Of a DNA stretch of 64,000 nucleotides, positions 55,217-64,000 are shown piece after piece. The stretch is from contig CM041465.1 of the NCBI GenBank assembly GCA_023213395.1, forward strand, positions 185,759,741 through 185,823,740, read 5' to 3'. Source of the DNA: Cycas panzhihuaensis. Lineage: Eukaryota; Plantae; Cycadophyta. The translations under genes and the position numbers were made by a program. Every line of letters begins with the position of its first letter. Positions within the stretch are counted from its first letter, which is position 1. Below the pieces are notes generated by a model. The model searched no databases and had not been told where the DNA came from. It saw nothing but the letters and a program-made list of their open reading frames with translations.

Positions 55217-58200
55217 AGTGGTATCAAAGCCTCATTTTTAGTGCACCAAGGATTTACATTTTTGGGAGTATAAATGAAAGAATTTAAAAAAAGTAACCAT
55301 GAATTAAGTTGATTGGGACTATTCTACAAATTTTAAGCAGATATACTATAAGTTTTAGAGTGAAATTATGAAAATTATAGGGAATTAGTTTTAGCTTACT
55401 ATTGATCATTATATTTAGGGCCTAAGATCTACTATACTATAACTTTAAATGACTATAACTTTGGCTACAGGTGTCTGATTGACCTTAATTTTATTTTGAA
55501 TCTCTATGTCTCAATGTATGCTTTCTATTTTAAGTGGTTCCAAATCTATTAGAAATCTATTAGATATCAAGGAAAGAAATTATCTATATTTTGGTAAGAG
55601 GTACTATTATCGTCCCCAAGAGTATAATCACAACCTAGCTTAAAAAGACCATAACTTCTTCTACATGGATCAAATTTTTATTTCATCTAAAGCATTAGAA
55701 TTATAATTTAAGAGTCCATATTTTAAGCTATTAGAGAGTTTATAATTGAGGTGGAAAATATAAAAGTAGTAGAAGAACTACAAAGCTTCACTTAGGATGC
55801 TAGAAACTTGAGATAGTTAAATACCTAAAAGAATGGCCTCAGAATTTTGTTCCTTTAAGATGAAAATTGAGAGGAACATGGAAATAGTACATCAAAATCA
55901 AGAAAAGACCAACATCAAAATGGCTAGAATGACCAAGATGATATAATTTTTTACAATTGCTTATAAAGACTTTGGAAGGGATGACTATCTAGGGGATCCC
56001 AACAATAGTAATAAATATGAAGAGGATCAAAAAGAAAATAAAAGATGCTATGATGATCAAAGGGACCATTAAATAAATGATGGCTTTCGATAACAATTTT
56101 TTTGCTATAATATTTAGATACTAACTTACTTACAGGATAATAAAATTGAAGCAGATGAATGACTAGTAAAAATAGAAAATACCATTTATGTGTTACATAT
56201 TAGTGATGCCAAAGATCAAATCAACTTTGCTATAGACCACCTTAAAGGGCCTACGTATACATGGGATACATTATGGAAAAGGGAAGGAAAAACCCATAAT
56301 TTCAAACATTATATAGAAGCCTTTAAAGAACAAACAGAAAATAATTAGAGTGATCCTTATCCTATCCAAATAGTGCATTACTGTTAAAAGAGATGATCTA
56401 TCAAAGAGTATAAAAATGAATTTGAAAAACTCTACTTAAACGCTAGAATTACTTATAAGGAATCACTCCCATATTGCATTAATAATCTATGACTTGATAT
56501 TGGTGAAGATGTTTATTATTTCACCCCAAGCACCTTAACTTTAATTATTAGAATGCCAATATAAATCAAATCTTGTCTCCAAAATACTAAGAAGGGATTC
56601 CAAATAGCATCCTATCAGCCAATACATAAGTTAACCTAACTAAGTATCCAAGGATTCTAGAAATGTCAAAATAGTAACTATAGTACATATAAGCCAACAT
56701 GAGTAACACAAAGGGCTAAAGAGATAGAAAGAGCTAAGGAAAGAACACTTGCCATATGTCATAGTTGTAAAAAACCCTGGGTCAAGGGAAATAAGTATGT
56801 TAATAGAAAACTATATAGTGCTAAAGTAGATATTAAAGATGAAGAAATAGAACAAGGACTAGAGGAAGATTAAGAGCAAGAAGAAATAAACTAATTAGAG
56901 GAGTTGGATGATGGCTAGCCTATGGTCTCCTTATCAGCCATGACATGGATAACACCATATAATACCATCAAACATTTTGGGCACCTTAAAAAAGAGAAGG
57001 TAATAATCCTCATCGATCTAGGTTGCACCCATAAATTCATTGCTATATAAAAGGCCAGTAGGTTAGGGCTATATATGGAGAAAAAAGAGTTTAGAATATC
57101 ACTTTTATACCAGGGTGAAGTTAAACACCAATGATTACATATAGGAAATTTTAATTTTTTTGCATACTATTATACCTTTGATATTAAGAGTTTTGATATA
57201 GCCTTAGGAGTTGAATGGATAGGGATGTTAGGAACTTATGCTTTAAACCGTGATGAAAACTTCATTAGATTTATTTGGGAGGGGAAGAACTAACAATTAA
57301 ATGGTATTAATATCCTAAAATCCAAGGTTATATCTATAAAGAGGATGGGAAAACTACTTCACAAAGGGCATGACAAGTTCATTGCAATGCTATTCTCCAT
57401 ACAAGTAGAGACCCTTAAAAGTGAACTACCACTAGAATAAGAGAAGGAAATAAATGAGCTTGTATACCACTATTGAGATGTCTTCTAAGAGTTACCAAGG
57501 ACTCCACCACCAAGTTGTAATATAGATCATATCATTGAGTTGGAATTAGGGAGGGGACCTACTATCATTTGTCCATATTAGTATAGGGACAGGAATAAGA
57601 CAAAAATAGAGAGGCTTATGCAAGATTTATTGGATTAAGGTGCCATACTACCAAGTAAGAGCCCTTATACAACACTAATTATCTTACATAGGAAAAAGTA
57701 TTGGTCTTTTTGAATGTGCGTTGATTATATAGCCTTAAATAGGATAACACTAAAGAACAAATACCACATTCCATACATGGATAATATTATAGATGAACTA
57801 CATAGGGCTAGATATTTTTCCAAAATTTGATTTACATTCTAGATACCATCAAATACTGATCTAACCTTAAGACATAGAGAAAACAATTTTTTAAACACAC
57901 CTATGACTATATGAGTTTAAGGTGATGCCATTTGGGCTAACTAATGTTCCAAAAACATTCCAAGTAAACATAAACTATGTATTTATGCCTTTTCTAAGAA
58001 GGTTTGTCATAGTCTTCTTTGATAATATTCTTATCTATAGTAAGACCTAGTAGGAATATTTGGAACAATCCAAAAAACATTTTAATTCCTTTAAGATAAT
58101 CAATTTTTTACAAAGAGATCAAAGTATTATTTTAGAAGAAGAACCCTTAAGTATCTCAAGCATATCATTTTAGAAGATGGAATTAAAATTAATCTTATAA

Positions 58201-60247
58201 AAATAATGGCCATTCTCAATTGGTCCATACCAAAAAATATGTTAAAACTTAGGGGATTTCTGGGAATCACAGGATACTACTAAAAGTTGATTAAAGGATA
58301 TGTTGATATATCAAGAACACTTACTGACCTTACCAAGAAAGGATAACTTTAACAGGGATAAGAATGCTGATTCAAGTTTTAAGAAATTAAAAGAAGCCAT
58401 TACCATGACATCAATCTTGGCCATGCCTAATTTCTCCCAACTATTTATAGTAGAATGCGATGCATTAGGCATAAGAGTAGGTGATCTCTACCATAAAATA
58501 GTTAACCTATTGCATATAAAAGTCAGAAATTAAATCTATGGGAAAGATCCAAGAGTGTATATGATAAGAAAATGTTAGTCATTCTATATGCCTTAGTAAA
58601 ATGAAGATAGTACTTATTAGGAATAAAATTTATTATTAAGATAGACTGCCATAGCCTAAAGTACTTCTTAACACAATAAAACTTATTTGAGGAGAAACAA
58701 AAATGGTCCAGTAAGATCCAAGACTTTAACTTTAAAATCTCATATAAGAAAAGAAAAGAGAACATTATCATAGATGCATTATCAAGAAAAATTAAAGATG
58801 TTAAATACTCTACCATGGTAATAGTTGAGCTTATATGGATTGATGAATTACACCAAGAATACTCACAAGATAAAGAAATGAAGGCCATCATAGACAAAAG
58901 TCCTAAAGAACTAGAAGAGACTCCTTAGACAAAAATGGGTAGTACCCTTATTTATAAGAATAAGATCTACTTACCTTAAAAACCATAGTTTAAAGAGACA
59001 ATTCTTAAAGATCATCATGATTCACCCATAGTTGGACATTTAAGGTTCCTTAAGACCTATGAGAGGATAAGGAGATCATTTTACTAGAGAGGGATGAAGG
59101 CCAATATAAAAAAGTTTGTTTTAGAATATGAGACTTATAGAGGCAAAAAGTAGAATAAGTATAAACTCCAGGGATGTTATAACCCCTAGATTAACTTAAA
59201 CAAAAATGGGAGAAGAAATTTCTATGGACATTATTTATAGTAGTCAATCAATTGATAAAATATGTACATTTTATTTCTATTCAATCATCTTATAAGGCAT
59301 TTCAAATAGTTGAAATATTCATGGAGAACATCCATAGATTACATGAGTTTCCTAAAAGAAAATCACTAATAGGGATCTTAAATTTACAAGCCATTTTTAG
59401 AATGACTTATTCAAATTAATTGGGACCTAACTCAACATAAATATAGTATACCATCCCCAAATAATTGGATAAATTAAAGTAGTCAACAAAGGTTTGGAAA
59501 CATACCTATGCTGTTATGTTAGAGATAACCAATCTACATGGGTAAAATTGATTCACTTGTCTGAATATTAGTATAACACTAATTACACACATCTATTAAA
59601 ATAATACCTTTCATGACATTATATGGTTATTTGCCCCTACAATAGTGGATTATATTCAAAATATAATAAAAACCCCAATGATAGAGGAATTAGTAAGATA
59701 ATTTAAAATAATTTAAGAAGAACTCAAGAAAAACTATGACATTATAAGGAATTAAATAAAATAATAGATAGACTAAAACATAATTGAAAGATAATTTAAG
59801 GAGGGAGATTGGGTTTATGTAAAACTAAAACTATATAAATAAAACTTCCTCAAATAAAAAAGTAAATGTAAACTAGCACCAAGATTTTATGGCCCATACA
59901 AATTTGGAGAAGAGTTGAAGAAGTAACTTATGCCCTTGATTTTCTAGAAGGAAGTAGGATTTATGATGTCTTTCATGTGTCTAACCTTGAAGAAAAGGTA
60001 GAATATCACATAGGGATAACAACTAAACTACCCATGATAGATGAGAAAGGAATACTTGTGATGGAACCTAAAGCCATTGTGGATACCCGCTAGTGTAAAA
60101 TTAGATCATAAAACATTATAAAATACTTGATTAAATGGAAAGGGGTACCATGATAAGAGGCAACTTAGGAAAATTAATAATTAATCTTAGATCACCCATC
60201 ATTACCTATACTTTATGGGCAAAGTGAGTTTTCTGAGGAAAGGGACT

Positions 60248-60543
60248 TGTTGTGACCCAAGGCAATTATAGGAATTGATAAAATTATTTGATAGAAGTTA
60301 GTCTCAAATATTAATAGGATATAGGTATCTTGTTAGAAGTTGGCTTTATTATTAGGAAGTTGATTTTATTAAAGATGGTTAAAATTTACACCTATAGATA
60401 GAGAACTATTATTCACTTATAAATCATCTTTTGTGAGTAAATCCATTTGGGGTCTTTTGACCATTTGGTTATTAAGAGCTTTTATTTAGCTTTCATTTTA
60501 GTTTTCTTTATCTTTGTGGAAAATCCAATTTAGAATCACTTCA
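60248..60543 (+). repeat. 3' LTR of G
   Basis: Follows the PPT; TG...CA. Confidence 0.92.
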
Positions 60544-60882
60544 ATCTTCCACCCACATTTTCCCTAAATGTATCCTCTCTATTATTAACAGCCATTCCTT
60601 CCCTTCCATATATATCTCTATTCTACATTCCATCCTCACTTTGAGTAACTTCACTCTCTTCTTTTTCCTTCATGACTTTTATTACTACTATACCTAAACT
60701 ACAATGACATATAATTTTCCATAAATATAAAAGATAAATAAACCTAAGAGTGTCTAAGATCAAATTGAATTATTCTTTCTTATTCAAAATTTAAATTATT
60801 TTTCTTACCAATTTCTTTCGTGGCATTACAAACCCTTGCAAGGTTTGAATTCCTTACATTAGCTTTAAATGGTTAAATATGT

Positions 60883-61195
60883 TGTTATACACTTGGGTAG
60901 TCTTCACTAATACCTCGAGGTTTTAGTGCAACAGTTTGTTACAAGTGGTATCAGAGCCAAGACCTAAGTTCAAATCCTATAAGGGGCATGCCATATACAA
61001 GGGTGGAAGGGTGACATGCCAAATGTCATTGATGTATAAAATGTCATCATAGTCAGGGCCTATAGGACACATGAATGCTAGTGAAAGTGGGACTAGGTAG
61101 GACTAGCCCATTTGACCTGGGAGGAGGTAATGGTCTACTTGGTGGAGGGCCCTCTTCACTAAAACCTCAAGGTTTTGGTATAATGGTTTGTTAAA
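60883..61195 (+). mobile_element. TRIM-like mini LTR element 2 (~310 bp)
   Basis: 43 bp direct repeat 60901-60943 / 61153-61195; PBS TGGTATCAGAGCC 60946-60958; PPT GGGAGGAGG 61119-61127 then TG at 61131; left boundary uncertain. Confidence 0.78.
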
Positions 61196-61524
61196 TGCAT
61201 AGTCACATTATGAATGATAACTTAATTTTAATAAAAAAACTTAGTTTAAATATTTAATATTTATTAAAGCATATTGAAATCACTTTTAAGACACCCTTAG
61301 TTGAGATCATATATTAAAAAAGGCCAATATTATTTTAGCATGCTAAGATGTAAATTTTACCTTTTAAAATTAATTTTGGGGTTGTCATTAATTTCTCTAT
61401 TATTTCAAAGTAGTATATTACTAGAAATATTTACAATAACTAAGTGAGAGACCATTCCCATATCCCTAAATTTTAAATTAGTTAATCTTCATTAAAAAAT
61501 CAATGGTCATGATAAATTTGTGGT

Positions 61525-64000
61525 TGTAGGAAAAATATATTACAGGAGAACATAGAATAGAATCACATAGATCAATATTATATCAATACATCAATGTATC
61601 ATAATAGCATCATAGTTGCATAAACATGAAATCATTGTATTCAAGTCATTTTATGAAGTGAACAATATAAATTTCCCAAATGAGGGCAGTGTCTAAAGAC
61701 ACTAGGGTTGTACACCCCTCAATATTTATAATTTGGGGGAGGAGAGAAACTCCTCAACCCCTGAATTTAAAATAATAATAAAATAATGTTCACTTAACTC
61801 AAATGAAACTAATTCAACTTAACATAAATCAAAGTTAAACTTATCTTAACTTACCTTGACATGTTGAGCATCACATATCTAAATTGAGGTTTATGAGGTG
61901 CACAATCCTGGTTGGAAAGGTGGGAGTGGAGTGATGACAATTAACTCCAACATTCTCCTCCTTAATATCATCACAAACACTTGTATCTTTTCCTTAAACT
62001 TATGGAACTTGTACTTGAAAAAAACTTAAAAATTTTGATCTTTATAATCATGCTTCAAGCTTCTTACAATATATGTCTTTGTATCATGAAGTAATTCAAA
62101 AAAACTGTAAGCAAATGATGCTTAATTCAAGTAGGTATGTATAGATACAACTTTGTCTTTGTCAACTGGAATATTGAGAAAAAATTGAATTTAAACTTTA
62201 TCTTTTGTAATCTGTATGCTATCAATAATTGTCATATCATATTCATTTTCTATCATGTCATAAAATTCATCCTCCCCCTCAAATGGAGGAGCAGATACTT
62301 GTATAGTAAGTTGGTCCTGCATTTGATATGAATCTTCATGGGTGTTGTCACTATGCTTCACCTGTTCTATCACCTGTCTCACATGCTCATAAAAAATATC
62401 ATCAAATACATGGAGGGTATCTCCCCCATAAGTAGAAATCAATACATTCCAAACTAATTTAGAAGTTATTAATTCAGAAACCTTTGAAAAAATGTTATCA
62501 TTCATAGTGCAAAATAATAATCCTAATGCTTCATTATCCTTTCTAATGTTTTCCTTAATAGTAACATCATAGTCATATTGTAAATACTTCCATAGATCAT
62601 GTGCAATATAATAGTTTTTCATAACCTTGTGTCATTCTATAAAATTTTGCCCATCAAATATAGGTAATTGTGCCATGTTATAAAAAACTTTAGAATATAT
62701 AAAGTATGCTTTTACCAAATCAAAAGAGTCAATAAATGAATAATGTCTGATATGATATCAAATATCTTCTTCAAAATAAATATAATGCCCTTTGAAAATA
62801 AATGAACTAAATACAATAAGGAAATAATGAATATAGAAGTAACTTTGAAATCATATACCAATATCCTTTTAATGATATAAATATGAATGTAAATTCTCAA
62901 TGCAATAAATCCTTAACCTTGATAATAATGTATAATGTTGAAAAAATTGAAATATATGTATATTTTACTTTGAAAGATAACGAGTATGAAGAAACTTTTT
63001 TTAAAAGAAGGGTTAGACGATAAGCTTAAGTTTGATAGCTTCAAGAATATACTAAATGACATCAGAATGATGTGAAACTTTACGAGTATGAAGATAAACA
63101 AAATATGAATCCAACGAAATTGACTATTTTGAAAACGGGTTCCTATAAGTCAAGTTTTGATGATCCAAATGAAACATGCTTTGTTTTGAGGCCTAATAGG
63201 AGCCGAGGCTCAAAATTGCATAAAATTACTAATAAAACTTTATAAAATACTGAGAAATAATTAAATATTATTTAGAAGATTACTCAATATACTTTTAGCT
63301 GAAAAAGTTTGAGAAATATATATAAAAATATGTAAAAAATGGCAGGTTTAAAGCAAAAAAGTACCTCTACTTTGAGTGATTTGAAACTTAGTAAAAATAT
63401 ATTAAAATATATAAAAACCTATATTAGATCGAAGAGAATTGAGTTATATTACCAAAAAAATTGACAGAACTAAATTTGAATTTCAAACAAAAAAGTTAGA
63501 GAAGAAATAGTAACAAGTACTTTTATGTAAAAATGTTAAAGAAACGCTAAAAACCACTAAAATGTCAATTTCAACGATTAAAATAATAGTTAAAATAAAT
63601 TCTAAAAAATAAAATAAAATATGGGTAATGAATTTTGTTGAACTAGATCAATGTAGAACAAATTTGGGTGGAAAATAGTTTCCATGTAATAAAATACAAT
63701 CAGTTCAAAAAGCGATTTTGTAAAAAGTTGAAAAAAAGGTTAAAAAAATGACTACTTGACTTTAAATCGGCTGAAACGGGGTCAAATCAGCACAAAATTG
63801 GTCATATGACCAGTCAAAATTGATATATAGAAAATTTATGATCCAATGAAAGTGGTTTCATCTAAAACTGATGCTTCAACGATAAGTTATGGTAAAAAAA
63901 GCCAATAACCCTATAAAAAATGAAAAAAAAAAAAAAAAAAAAAATGAAAAGTTTTATAAAAAATGAAATAGCCCTTTTTGAGGTGAGATAAGGGTCACGT
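61525..64000 (-). mobile_element. Non-autonomous gag-only copia derivative K (TR-GAG-like); 5' end probably beyond the window
   Basis: gag N-terminus on minus; PPT (TCTCCTCCTT on +, 61954-61963); LTR start TGTTGGAG at 61952; no pol domains in between; LTR far end (~61525) and the assignment of 62680-64000 are uncertain. Confidence 0.65.
62191..62676 (-). pseudogene. Copia gag N-terminal region (DUF4219/UBN2-like)
   Basis: MAQLPIFDGQNFIE*HKVMKNYYIAHDLW...KDNEALGLLFCTMNDNIFSKVSELITSKLVWNVL. Confidence 0.85.

Larger units (their letters stand above)
54919..60543 (+). mobile_element. Full-length degenerate chromoviral Ty3/gypsy element G (Reina-like size, 5.6 kb)
   Basis: LTRs 54919-55216 and 60248-60543 (TGTTGTGACC...CACTTCA); PBS TGGTATCAAAGCC 55219-55231; PPT GAGGAAAGGG 60235-60244; [47 protein letters not shown]; chromodomain KYLIKWKG; flanks GTTTT/ATCTT are a likely decayed TSD. 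Confidence 0.94.

Noticed and set aside
60211-60262. Possible PPT-enclosing hairpin in gypsy G
   Set aside because: Only weak, gapped complementarity; not counted with the copia cases.

Overview
AT-rich, CpG-depleted plant repeat DNA. The conifer/cycad/fern-like element types suggest a large-genome seed plant or fern, but that is inference. I see no host protein-coding gene, functional RNA gene or CRISPR array. The window is a nest of decayed LTR retrotransposons. It holds a full-length Ty1/copia element with paired LTRs and a CTTCT TSD (24997-32596, minus) inserted antisense into a related copia, several truncated copia copies, a full-length chromoviral gypsy (54919-60543), an older non-chromoviral gypsy with two apparent protease domains (~48590-54151), two TRIM-like mini-elements and a gag-only copia at the right edge. 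These sit in a two-level tandem duplication: a ~33.7 kb superunit (1-~16470 matches ~33350-46685) built on an older unclassified core unit present in 3-4 copies. The two most interesting signals are (1) both TRIMs assemble a tRNA-type Pol III A-box/B-box promoter across the 5' LTR-PBS junction with identical spacing, and (2) four copia families place the PPT and LTR start in the 17-18 nt loop of a hairpin whose stem sequence differs between families. All alignments and counts were done by eye.
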